A DNA stretch of 61,460 nt, the filler included, from Bdellovibrionota bacterium (GTDB taxonomy: Bacteria; Bdellovibrionota; Bdellovibrionia; Bdellovibrionales; JAEYZS01), in assembly GCA_963169515.1 (NCBI GenBank). It is 4 parts of 4 records of this genome, joined end to end, with 100 filler letters (N's around TTAATTAATTAA, not from the genome) between each part and the next. Parts side by side here need not be neighbours in the genome. Positions count along the whole stretch, not along the records: positions 15,581 to 35,911 come from CAUJEF010000027.1; 3 more parts are not named here. One strand, written 5' to 3'. The notes below the pieces were generated by a model. It ran no database searches. It was not told where the DNA came from and saw only the letters and a list, made by a program, of their open reading frames with translations. The translations under genes were made by a program, and so were the position numbers. Below are positions 20,918 to 30,235 of the stretch, one piece after another (the stretch's first letter is position 1; every line of letters begins with the position of its first letter).

Positions 20918-22069
20918 ATGGAATCAGGAAAATTATTTCGACATAACCGCCAAGCAATCCTCTCTGAGGTTGGTCTCGAGGGGCAAAAACGCCTAACCTC
21001 AGCCAAAGTTCTCTGTGTCGGAGCTGGCGGGTTGGGTTGCCCGGCATTGCTTTACTTGGCCGCGGCCGGTGTTGGCAAATTAGGTATCGTTGACTCTGAT
21101 CGTGTAGAGGTGACGAATTTACAGCGACAAATCCTATTTAAGACCATGGACCAAGACCGCGTAAAAGTCGACGCCGCGAAAGATCGCTTGCTGGATTTGG
21201 ATCCGAACCTTGAAATCGAAACCTTCCCCGACCGCCTCACGCTTGCAAACGCCACACAAATTTTCAAAGGCTACGATCTCGTGATAGATGGAACGGATAA
21301 TTTTGGAACAAAATTTCTCATAAACGATGTCGCGGCCCAACTAGACATCCCTGTCGTTTTCGGCTCTGCAACAGGCTTTGAAGCCCAAATTTCCGTGTTT
21401 TGGGCAAAACACGGGCCCTGTTATCGATGTGTTTATCCCGCACCACCAAAGACCCGCATTGCAAATTGCGCTGAATCTGGCGTGATCGGCGCACTTACAG
21501 GAACCGTTGGAAGCCTACAGGCCATGGAGGCGATCAAGCTAATTTTAGGTGGCACGGGGAACAAAGAATTTTCACCCCTGATTGGGCGTCTTCTTGTTAT
21601 GGACTTGCGCAATGCCGCGATTTCTACATTTCAGATCGAAAAAAAATTTGATTGTCCAATCTGTTCAACAAATTCAAAAGCAAAGTTTTTTAAAGATGAT
21701 TACTTGGACGGCTGTTCGTTGTCCATCGAATCCAATATTAATGAAATGACTTCGCAGGAGCTCGAACACGCCCTTGCGACTTTGTCGGATATTCAATTAA
21801 TCGACGTTCGTGAAACCTGCGAGCTTGAGCGCGGATTCATACCAGGATCTTTTAACGCTCCGCTGTCGCTGCTTGAGCGGGAAATTCCAGATTTTATAGA
21901 TTCAGATAGATTGCTTGTAACCTATTGTCAAAAGGGACAAAGAAGTCTTCGGGCGGCTACCCTTTTGATGTCCAAAGGGGTAAAGCGCGTTTTTTCATTA
22001 AAGGGCGGTATCAATGCGTGGCAAGGCGACCTTCTTATCCCCGAAGATCCACCTCGAGCGAGTACCTAA
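20918..22069 (+). CDS. moeB: Molybdopterin-synthase adenylyltransferase with rhodanese domain
   Basis: GAGGLG, NLQRQ, CYRC and CPIC Zn motifs, C-terminal rhodanese CQKGQRS. Confidence 0.92.
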   Translation: MESGKLFRHNRQAILSEVGLEGQKRLTSAKVLCVGAGGLGCPALLYLAAAGVGKLGIVDSDRVEVTNLQRQILFKTMDQDRVKVDAAKDRLLDLDPNLEIETFPDRLTLANATQIFKGYDLVIDGTDNFGTKFLINDVAAQLDIPVVFGSATGFEAQISVFWAKHGPCYRCVYPAPPKTRIANCAESGVIGALTGTVGSLQAMEAIKLILGGTGNKEFSPLIGRLLVMDLRNAAISTFQIEKKFDCPICSTNSKAKFFKDDYLDGCSLSIESNINEMTSQELEHALATLSDIQLIDVRETCELERGFIPGSFNAPLSLLEREIPDFIDSDRLLVTYCQKGQRSLRAATLLMSKGVKRVFSLKGGINAWQGDLLIPEDPPRAST

Positions 22070-22355
22070 TTACCTTTCTCCCCTCAACAGATTCTCCCGC
22101 CAACCCCCGCTTAGATGGAACCATTAGCTTTTCTAACTGAGACTGGCTGACCCCCAAGCGAATCTCATTCGGCCGGGCCATCAGCAACAGCGCCTGCCCG
22201 AGAGCTTCATCACCAGAAACATCCACTCCCAATGTGATTGTGCTCCCTTGTGGAAGCGCGACTGTTTCGATAATTGATCCGCCATTCAAAAGCTTTTTTA
22301 GCTCTTCCGTGCTAATGCGAAAGCGAATTCCTTCTGCAGATATGCGAACATTCAT
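22035..22355 (-). CDS. Hypothetical protein, last gene of the Moco operon
   Basis: ATGA overlap with mobA stop; 106 aa. Confidence 0.65.
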   Translation of the reverse strand: MNVRISAEGIRFRISTEELKKLLNGGSIIETVALPQGSTITLGVDVSGDEALGQALLLMARPNEIRLGVSQSQLEKLMVPSKRGLAGESVEGRKVIRYSLEVDLRG

Positions 22356-22933
22356 TTTAGATCCTGCTCAAATCGAAGCCACTCCGCAGGGAAATTTATG
22401 TTGTTAAATGCCTCCCGATTTTGCTGGCTAAGAGAGAGAGACGTGGCGTGCATTTTTTCCAACAAAACTCGCATGGAACAAAGAGACGGATTCGCCCCCA
22501 TTATTAATTCTTCGATATTCTTTTTTAACAATTCTGAAACTATATACGCCGAAGGCATTTCATAGCCCTCGATTTGAATTGCGTGCGAGTTGGTATCATA
22601 AAGTTCGATCAAAAGTCGATTAAGCAGAGACGGATTTAAGTTCGGCATATCAACGGGCACAACTAAAATCGCCGTCCCCAGAGATAAACCCGTTGCCAAA
22701 ACCGAATGAAGGCCGCCAACTGGGCCGCGGTTAAAAACCCTATCCTCTATACACGGCAGTCCGGGATAAGATCCACTGACCGCAACCGTTTCAACTCCGG
22801 ACCTCGCCATGATGTCAACCATGTGATCAATTAAGCGACGCCCACGAAACGAAAGGAGCGCTTTATCCCTCCCCATGCGGGTAGACCGCCCGCCCGCAAG
22901 CACAATGCCAACGCTATGCTTTATCAACTGCAT
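22352..22933 (-). CDS. mobA: Molybdenum cofactor guanylyltransferase
   Basis: LAGGRSTRMGRDKA, GPVGG, PVDMP, NIN. Confidence 0.93.
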   Translation of the reverse strand: MQLIKHSVGIVLAGGRSTRMGRDKALLSFRGRRLIDHMVDIMARSGVETVAVSGSYPGLPCIEDRVFNRGPVGGLHSVLATGLSLGTAILVVPVDMPNLNPSLLNRLLIELYDTNSHAIQIEGYEMPSAYIVSELLKKNIEELIMGANPSLCSMRVLLEKMHATSLSLSQQNREAFNNINFPAEWLRFEQDLK

Positions 22934-23375
22934 GATTTTCCTTACAAAGTGCGTGCCCCTTCAGCCAAGCCGTCTCCCCATCTTCGTAATGTTCCTTCTT
23001 CCAAATGGGCGCACGATGTTTGAGCTCCTCTATTACATAGCGGGACGTTTGATAAGCCTCATCGCGATGAACCGATTTCACATGAATAAAAACACTAATT
23101 TCGCCAACTTCAAGCCGCCCAATTCGATGAATAACTGTGATCCCCAAGTCTTTTCCCCATTTTCCTTGGGCTTCTCGACAAATTTCTTCAATAATATTTT
23201 CTGTGAGCGGTTGAAAGGCATCGTAGCTGACGGCAATCACTTTTTTCCCATGATTCCACCTTCTCACGACGCCCAAAAAGGAAACCTCTGCCCCAAATGT
23301 TCCTCGATCAGCACTCAAACAAATCTCGTCGATGCTAATGGGACAATCCATAATTTGAACCTTTATACTGCTCAT
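22914..23375 (-). CDS. moaE: Molybdopterin synthase catalytic subunit
   Basis: FLGVVR, HRIGRL, HRDEAY, LKHRAPIWKKE. Confidence 0.95.
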   Translation of the reverse strand: MSSIKVQIMDCPISIDEICLSADRGTFGAEVSFLGVVRRWNHGKKVIAVSYDAFQPLTENIIEEICREAQGKWGKDLGITVIHRIGRLEVGEISVFIHVKSVHRDEAYQTSRYVIEELKHRAPIWKKEHYEDGETAWLKGHALCKENHAVDKA

Positions 23376-23385
23376 AAATATTCCT

Positions 23386-23655
23386 TCAGCCGCCACAAAC
23401 AGGCGGCAAAATAGCCAGTGTGCAGGATTTTTCGATACAAAAGTCATTCGTTAATATTTTTGTATCATTGGCAATCGCAGAATCGACAACCAAGGTTTCA
23501 GAAAACTTGGGATCGTTCTCCCGAAGATATTGCGACAACAACACTCGCAACTCTTTTAGATTCGTTCCACAACGAACCGAAATTTCAATTTCTGATCCGT
23601 TACCAAATTTTCTGAATGCGCCGAACAAACGAATTGTTATGCCTACTGATTCCAT
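23386..23655 (-). CDS. moaD: Molybdopterin synthase sulfur carrier
   Basis: Beta-grasp size, LFGAFR, C-terminal LPPVCGG. Confidence 0.9.
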   Translation of the reverse strand: MESVGITIRLFGAFRKFGNGSEIEISVRCGTNLKELRVLLSQYLRENDPKFSETLVVDSAIANDTKILTNDFCIEKSCTLAILPPVCGG

Positions 23656-23657
23656 TC

Positions 23658-24938
23658 TTACCCCCTCAACCCTGAAATTAAGGGGTAAACCTCTACAACG
23701 CTCTCTTTCGTGACCTCATCATTTTCTTCTCCAAAAACAACCCAACTGTTTGTATCTAACAGTGGGCTAATTCGATATGACTCTTGCCCGAGCAGGGCTT
23801 CGACTCTCGCCCCCTCTGGTTCTATTCGCTTCTTACCTTTATAAAAACAACGCAGTCCATCTGGTTTTTTTGTGTTGTAATCAAGCCGCGCTAGCACGGG
23901 TGATTCTATTGGCAGGGAAAGCAGGGCCCTAATATAAGGCTCAACAAAAAAACGTACCCCCACCATCGTTGCCGTCGGATTTCCAGGAAGCCCAAAAAGC
24001 ACGGGGCCGGATTGCCCAATTCGAGCAAACAGAATTGGTTTCCCTGGGCGGATTGCCACCTTGTGAAACAAAATCATCCCTTTCATGTTTTTTACCGAAC
24101 TCAGAACGAAATCAAACTTACCCATAGAAACCGCTCCCGTTGTCACGATAATATCGGGGGGGTCATCAAGTATCTGTGTTATTATTTTTTCAAACTCTTT
24201 CGCATCATCCGGAACTGTGCCGTGAAATGATGATTCGATCTGATAAAGGGGTAAAAGACTCTTCAAATACGGGGCCGTCGAATTTCGAATCATACCCGGA
24301 GCTAAATTATTTTCAGCATGACTGACGAGCTCTCGACCCGTCGATATAATTGCTATGCGAATTTTTCGGCGTACCCGCACTTGTGTTACGCCGTTAACAG
24401 CCAAGGCTAATACGTGGTGTGGCTGAATAAGATTATTTTTCTTTAATATCTCTTTTCCAGAACGAAAATCGCTCCCCCGAAGACGAACATTTTCTCCCTT
24501 ATCCACTGGTTGTTTCAAAATAATTTCTACGTTCTTGTCATCGTCAATACGGCAGATATCCACATCCTCCAGCCTAACAACGGCATCAAAGAACTCCGAT
24601 GGCATGGGGGCGCCTGTCATAATTTCCCATGCACAATTAGAAGGCGCGTGTGAAAATGTAGCTGCGCCGCCAAATCTTTCAAAATCGTCACCGGCCGCGA
24701 TCGTGCCCAGCACCCTAAAGCGGACCGGATTTTTCGATGAGGCTTGTTTTGTCGCTAGGGATGAAATTGCAAATCCATCCATGGCCGAATTATCAAACCC
24801 AGGAATGTTCTCCTCGCACCGAAGGTCCTCGCCCGCAACCCTGCCGACGGCGAACTCTATCGCACACATTTCTTCTGAGATTGATTTTTCTAAGGCTTCA
24901 TTTTGAAGCATAGAAATCGCTTCTTTATAACTGATCAA
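23658..24938 (-). CDS. moeA: Molybdopterin molybdotransferase
   Basis: FDNSAMDGFA, IMTGAPMP, TGAVSMG, RPGKP, GLPGNP. Confidence 0.96.
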   Translation of the reverse strand: MISYKEAISMLQNEALEKSISEEMCAIEFAVGRVAGEDLRCEENIPGFDNSAMDGFAISSLATKQASSKNPVRFRVLGTIAAGDDFERFGGAATFSHAPSNCAWEIMTGAPMPSEFFDAVVRLEDVDICRIDDDKNVEIILKQPVDKGENVRLRGSDFRSGKEILKKNNLIQPHHVLALAVNGVTQVRVRRKIRIAIISTGRELVSHAENNLAPGMIRNSTAPYLKSLLPLYQIESSFHGTVPDDAKEFEKIITQILDDPPDIIVTTGAVSMGKFDFVLSSVKNMKGMILFHKVAIRPGKPILFARIGQSGPVLFGLPGNPTATMVGVRFFVEPYIRALLSLPIESPVLARLDYNTKKPDGLRCFYKGKKRIEPEGARVEALLGQESYRISPLLDTNSWVVFGEENDEVTKESVVEVYPLISGLRG

Positions 24939-25951
24939 TGAGCACCTCCCTTAAGGATATGAAGCGCGTGTGGCAGAATTTTTTTAATCGCTGCATAACC
25001 CTCCGTCGCTCCGCTGACGCTGCCGGGGAAAAGTACAACAAGGCTCATTCCAATCATTCCAGCTTCCGCACGACTGAGGCGCGACTTCGGGTGATTGCTG
25101 CTCTCACGTATAAGTTCGCCAATGCCAGAAATTTTCTTTGTCCAAAGGTCTTCGAGAGCCTCCGGCGTTATATCTCTTGGTCCGATTCCTGTTCCCCCTG
25201 TCACTGCGATGAAATCCACTTTATCCTCAAGAGCAAGCCGCTTTACAGAGTTTCTAATATTTTCAGCTTCGTCTGGTACGATTTCTTTTGAAATCACAAG
25301 AGATCCATCTTTAATTAAGAGATCTTTCAACGCGGCTCCAGATTGATCCACGGCTTCGCCTCTGGCACATCGATCACTAACAACAACCACGGCCGCTCGC
25401 ACTTCAAACAGTTCTGGTTTTTTCTCGTTTTTCTCGGGGCTTAGTTTCGCTAACTCTTCCTCAAGAGGATGTTTCCAAGATCCGCTCTTGCCGCCTTCTT
25501 TGAGCTTAAGGCGGATATCGCCAATCTGAAGCGCTGGCTCAATCCCTTTTGTCAGATCGTAGATCGCAAGCAGGGCCGCTTGGACTCCGCACAGAGCCTC
25601 CATTTCCACCCCTGTTTTTGAAAACGCACAGGCCTCGCAAAAAACAATGATCGTTTCTGCGTTCAAATCGAGGTCATACCACACGCGAACCGAATCGAGA
25701 GACAAGGGATGACACAGTGGCAATATTTCAGATGTCTTCTTTGCGGCCTGAATCCCGGCAACCTCCGCCATAGCCAACACATTCCCTTTTGGCATCGTAC
25801 CCGTATGAATTTTATAAAGCGTCGCTTTTGGAATGTGGATTTTTCCTTGTGCGACGGCTCGACGATGCGTTGCTGTTTTTGCGCCAACGTCGATCATTTT
25901 AAATTGAGTGTTTTCAGCCCCCGACGGATGCCAAATTTCTTGTGTTCCCAT
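24935..25951 (-). CDS. moaCB: MoaC-MoaB/MogA fusion
   Basis: MIDVGAK, LPLCHPL, TGVEMEAL, KEGGKSG, then TGGTGIGPRDITPEA. Confidence 0.93.
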   Translation of the reverse strand: MGTQEIWHPSGAENTQFKMIDVGAKTATHRRAVAQGKIHIPKATLYKIHTGTMPKGNVLAMAEVAGIQAAKKTSEILPLCHPLSLDSVRVWYDLDLNAETIIVFCEACAFSKTGVEMEALCGVQAALLAIYDLTKGIEPALQIGDIRLKLKEGGKSGSWKHPLEEELAKLSPEKNEKKPELFEVRAAVVVVSDRCARGEAVDQSGAALKDLLIKDGSLVISKEIVPDEAENIRNSVKRLALEDKVDFIAVTGGTGIGPRDITPEALEDLWTKKISGIGELIRESSNHPKSRLSRAEAGMIGMSLVVLFPGSVSGATEGYAAIKKILPHALHILKGGAH

Positions 25952-26990
25952 AGCGTCCCTCTTGAAGAAAGTGTGATGGTGGTTTTAATTTCAACAACTC
26001 TACAATTTTTAACATTAGTTTTTCGGCCTGGTCGGGAGACTGAAGGAGCGATCTTAGCGAATAGTCTGAATCGCCGAATAAACACAGTCGCAAAGCACCC
26101 TGATTCGTAACCCGTAATCGATTGCATCCTGCACAAAAATCTTTTGCATACGGCGCAATTAGGCCAATGCGTCCGGCATAGTCATTGTGTCCAAACTCAA
26201 CCGCGGGACCCCCACCATCAGAGCGTGGTGCTTTTTCCCATCCGCGCCTGTACAAATCAGATTCGAGTTCCTTCGCCGACAAGTGCCATTTATTAAAAAC
26301 GTCCCCATTTTCTCCGGTCCGCATGAGTTCAATAAATCTCACCGAAATTGGCCTGTGGCGTACGAATTCCAAAAACCGATCAAATTCAATTTCATTCAAC
26401 CCGCGCAGCAACACGGCGTTGATTTTTACTTCGGTCAAAATATTAAGTGCCGCTTCAATTCCCAATAAAATCTCACCCAGCGAATCACGCCCTGTGATTT
26501 TTTTAAATCGGAGGGGGTCAAGGCTATCCACACTGACGTTTACTCCACTCAGGCCCGCGTTCTTAAGCGGCTCGATCAATTGCTTTAAGCGATAGCCATT
26601 GGTTGTCAATGTTACCCTTCTAATCCCAGGGGTCCCGTTAATTCGCTCCACAATTTCGACCAAGTCACGCCTAAGGGTTGGCTCGCCGCCTGTAAGTCGA
26701 ATTTTCCATATCCCTAGCCGAGCAAAAACATTCGTTAAATTTGTTATTTCATCGATATTTAAAGGATCAGGCTGGCCATTGCATTTTTGATATCCATTCG
26801 GCAGGCAATAAATACAACGAAAGTTACAAGCATCGGTTAACGATAATCGCAAATATTCAAACGAGCGATTGTATGTGTCGTGCAATGAATTTGCTTCTAT
26901 CATCCGGATCTCCTTTCCAACCTGGGAGGCTGTCCCGTTTCCGACGACAACCCTGGCAAGCATCTTTCTCGCTTGCGGCTCAACGCTCAT
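25914..26990 (-). CDS. moaA: GTP 3',8-cyclase
   Basis: Radical SAM CNFRCIYC, TGGEP, FCAGCNRLR, C-terminal GG; true start may be downstream of 26990. Confidence 0.96.
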   Translation of the reverse strand: MSVEPQARKMLARVVVGNGTASQVGKEIRMIEANSLHDTYNRSFEYLRLSLTDACNFRCIYCLPNGYQKCNGQPDPLNIDEITNLTNVFARLGIWKIRLTGGEPTLRRDLVEIVERINGTPGIRRVTLTTNGYRLKQLIEPLKNAGLSGVNVSVDSLDPLRFKKITGRDSLGEILLGIEAALNILTEVKINAVLLRGLNEIEFDRFLEFVRHRPISVRFIELMRTGENGDVFNKWHLSAKELESDLYRRGWEKAPRSDGGGPAVEFGHNDYAGRIGLIAPYAKDFCAGCNRLRVTNQGALRLCLFGDSDYSLRSLLQSPDQAEKLMLKIVELLKLKPPSHFLQEGRYGNTRNLASVGG

Positions 26991-27047
26991 TTTTTTTGTG
27001 GGATTCTAGAGCGTCGAACTTCGGAGTCAAATTTAAAACTGTCCTCA

Positions 27048-28112
27048 CTATGCCACTGTATCGGCAGTGTCCGCCATAAACATCTTTATGATGTGGCGCA
27101 ACATTCCGGCAAATACTAAAATCCATGCCGTCATTGCTGCGTAACCAAAAACCATTGAATACTTAGACAGAAATGGCACCCCGATTACTTCGACCAATCT
27201 GAGCGTAGCTAACGTATACATTCCCATTGGGAAGACCATACCCCAGTACTGCGGATGATATTTAAGAGGGAGCTGCCCGCCAAAATGCCTCCACATTCCT
27301 AATATTACAATCAACGGAATCCACCACGTTCCTACCGCCCAGAAAAGAAGGGTCATGGTTTTAAGAACGGGCGTGATTTCTGCCAAAAGCGTCCAATGGT
27401 CTTTCCTTAAAACAAGATCGCTGCTTGCCAGCGTCGAAATCGCAAGAGCCCCCATATTAATCCAATATGGCGGTGCAAACTGCTCTGCCTCCATTCGAAA
27501 AAATGTAAGCCTATAAAAAATTAGCGTGATAATCATAATATAGAGCATCCCTCCGGCACAAAATAAACTTAGCGCGAGGAAAAGCACAAATTGCTTCCCC
27601 TCCCCACAACTGGCAGAAACCAGTGCGCTCAATATCGACACGGATTGAGTCGCCACGACGGATGTTAACCAGATTCCGCTAATCCCGTTTTCAAGGGTCG
27701 GTTTTTTACGCCGAATTGTGATCCCGGCAAAAAAAGCATAAATAATAACCAGCCATAGCACTATCGCAATCCCAAGTAAAATTTTTGCAAGCCCAACATT
27801 GTTATTCAAAACAACAAACTGACTGCCAAGTACACAGGTTCCGGCAATGGCCGTAAAAAACCCTGCCCCGTGGATATGATCAACGAAATCAGACAAAAAC
27901 TGTTTCCGATAAAATATAAACCTTAGAATAAAAAGCGCCACTAAAATGACGTAAAACATACAGTTAAGAGAGAAAAGAATCGTTGCAATCGAGGTCATAC
28001 CGAACAGATGGGATACTATAGAAATCACACCTGTCGCCATTACTAATGCAAAGTATGCCGGCGACAAATCTCGAATGCCCAAGCCCAGAGTTGCTTTGAC
28101 CCCACTCAGCAT
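27048..28112 (-). CDS. TDT family (tellurite resistance/dicarboxylate, SLAC1-like) transporter
   Basis: PAYFALVMATG, PPYWINMGA, YWGMVFPMGMY; about 10 TM segments. Confidence 0.9.
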   Translation of the reverse strand: MLSGVKATLGLGIRDLSPAYFALVMATGVISIVSHLFGMTSIATILFSLNCMFYVILVALFILRFIFYRKQFLSDFVDHIHGAGFFTAIAGTCVLGSQFVVLNNNVGLAKILLGIAIVLWLVIIYAFFAGITIRRKKPTLENGISGIWLTSVVATQSVSILSALVSASCGEGKQFVLFLALSLFCAGGMLYIMIITLIFYRLTFFRMEAEQFAPPYWINMGALAISTLASSDLVLRKDHWTLLAEITPVLKTMTLLFWAVGTWWIPLIVILGMWRHFGGQLPLKYHPQYWGMVFPMGMYTLATLRLVEVIGVPFLSKYSMVFGYAAMTAWILVFAGMLRHIIKMFMADTADTVA

Positions 28113-28759
28113 GTTTTATTTGCCATCGCACTTAATTCAGATGCAGAAATTAGTCGATGCGCTGACGAAAACACAATATTATCTTCTCTAAAAATATGGA
28201 GCCGGAGCAACTCAACAAGGTTTTTCCCTTGTTCAAGAGCCGCATCAAGAACGATCAGCCGGGACGCTCCATCCGGTAGGCGAAATGCGAGTCCCAAAAA
28301 ATTGAATATGACGGCTGCCATTTGAATAGCTTTTATGTGATCGTCTTCCATAAGATCGACGGCAGTTTTTGGGGAATCCCCTTTGGTGTGTTCCCCTTTT
28401 TCTTTGAGCCGCCGGCTTAAAAGAGGAAAAAAAGTCGCTTCCTCTCGTCGACTGTGAATCACAAAATCATTATCGAAAAAATGAAAAAAGTGGCTCAGCT
28501 TTTTTTGTAACTCTTTAGTAAATCCACTTGCCTGAACCTCCAAAATTGCGTCTTCGAAAATTTTTATTTCATTCATAAATTCATCGTGCTCTTGCATAAA
28601 TTGTTGCAAAAATGGATGCATTTCTTCGCGAGGAACTCTATCTGCTGCCGGTGGCGCAAAAGCCTCCGGGGGCCCCATTGGAGAAAGGCTCTCCCCAACA
28701 ACCCCTTGATCGGGTTGCCGTTTTAAAGGATCAATTTGATTCAATTCGTTTTTTTGCAT
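28106..28759 (-). CDS. Hemerythrin-like (HHE) domain protein
   Basis: EH, HSRREE, DDH, HIFRED motifs. Confidence 0.85.
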   Translation of the reverse strand: MQKNELNQIDPLKRQPDQGVVGESLSPMGPPEAFAPPAADRVPREEMHPFLQQFMQEHDEFMNEIKIFEDAILEVQASGFTKELQKKLSHFFHFFDNDFVIHSRREEATFFPLLSRRLKEKGEHTKGDSPKTAVDLMEDDHIKAIQMAAVIFNFLGLAFRLPDGASRLIVLDAALEQGKNLVELLRLHIFREDNIVFSSAHRLISASELSAMANKTC

Positions 28760-28780
28760 AGCTTCTTCCTTACTTACCCT

Positions 28781-29509
28781 TTAGTTGTTGCGTGGGCGAT
28801 GCGTGCTCCACGCTGTGCGCTCATTCCTAACCTGCTTTCGATCCCAGTACCAAATGACTTGCTGATATGGGCGCCAGATATAATGAAAAGGAGCAACCAA
28901 AAAATGTACAAGCCGTGTGAAGGGAATAAGCCCGATAATAATGAACGCCCCCACGATATGCGCTTTGATTACTGTCGGCATAGCGACCACAGCATTGATC
29001 TGCGGATCGAGTTTAAATATAGACCAAAGATATGGGGTAAGGTCAGACGCAAACCAAGATGAGCCCCAACGATATCCGAGTGCAATCCAACACCCCAACA
29101 CCACCTGAAGTGCTATAAGAATTTCAATCACAATATCCATCTGATTGCTCACGGTTCGGATTCGTGCGGTGCCTACACGCCTTAGAAACAGACCTGTCAT
29201 TCCCACAAGTACGCTAAGTCCAAAAGTAAATGCCAATCCCTCAAGCACAATCAAACGAACGGGGTGACTATTCCAAACTAATGTTGCCGTTGGAAACAAG
29301 AAGGTCAGAAGATGCCCCGCGAATACAATCAATATTCCAACGTGGAACGCCATTGTGCCAAAGTAAAGCTTCCTCCCCTCTAGGAACTGCGAGGAAAGAG
29401 ACGAATACTTAAATCCTGTTTTTCGGTAACGATAAATAGAGCCGATTAAAAAAACAACCATTGAAATATATGGCAATGCTATAAACAAAAAATTATTTAA
29501 AAAAGCCAC
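28781..29509 (-). CDS. narI: Respiratory nitrate reductase gamma subunit
   Basis: SSQFLE, FHVGI...GH, PFTRLVH; GTG start approximate. Confidence 0.95.
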   Translation of the reverse strand: MAFLNNFLFIALPYISMVVFLIGSIYRYRKTGFKYSSLSSQFLEGRKLYFGTMAFHVGILIVFAGHLLTFLFPTATLVWNSHPVRLIVLEGLAFTFGLSVLVGMTGLFLRRVGTARIRTVSNQMDIVIEILIALQVVLGCWIALGYRWGSSWFASDLTPYLWSIFKLDPQINAVVAMPTVIKAHIVGAFIIIGLIPFTRLVHFLVAPFHYIWRPYQQVIWYWDRKQVRNERTAWSTHRPRNN

Positions 29510-29528
29510 AGGCACCCCTTCTCGTTGA

Positions 29529-30233
29529 TCAAGAATCACATCCGCTGTTCCCAGGATTTGCATTCTTTTCTATTTCTATTTCTTTTTCAACCCGTCCAAG
29601 AAAATCTGCTGCCTTTGCAGACCAGCCCTCAAGTCGCTCCATGACTTCATCGATTTGGAAATCTTGTTTCAAAATTAAAATAAGAGCCGACAGAGCTCGT
29701 CTATAGACCGTCGCCTCGCCCCCCGGAGCCGTTTCAATAACCGTTTTATAGTGCTTCTCGTAATTTTTATTTTTCTTTTCAATCCGGTCTTCGCCAAATT
29801 CACGAATCATCAGCATCAGTCCAGGAACAAGAATTTCACTGACCAATTCTTTCAAAAGCTCCTCATCAAACTTTGGAATCAGCCGTAAAATATTTGGTAA
29901 ATGATCCGCCAACTCGCCCTTTAAATCTGTCCCCGCCCGAGTTTGTTCCCGTGTCAAATTTGACAAAAGTTCGGCGCGCTTATAATCATCACCGAAAAGG
30001 ACATAGCCGACATCAAGGGTTGTGATGGCCTGGACATCAAAGGTTCGTGTATAGATCTCCTGACGGTCCAAAAGCTTTTTTGGAAACCCGTCGAGAAACT
30101 CCATCAGGTTCGTCGCCGCCTCAGGATATTTTTCACGAACCAGCATCAGCGCCCGTTGTGATTTTGCCTCATATTCAGGCCCCGGGAAATCAAACAAATC
30201 TGCCAAGTACGGATAGTGCGCGTATCTCTCCAT
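29529..30233 (-). CDS. narJ: Nitrate reductase chaperone
   Basis: YTRTFD, ELADHLP; lies between narH and narI. Confidence 0.85.
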   Translation of the reverse strand: MERYAHYPYLADLFDFPGPEYEAKSQRALMLVREKYPEAATNLMEFLDGFPKKLLDRQEIYTRTFDVQAITTLDVGYVLFGDDYKRAELLSNLTREQTRAGTDLKGELADHLPNILRLIPKFDEELLKELVSEILVPGLMLMIREFGEDRIEKKNKNYEKHYKTVIETAPGGEATVYRRALSALILILKQDFQIDEVMERLEGWSAKAADFLGRVEKEIEIEKNANPGNSGCDS

Positions 30234-30235
30234 CT

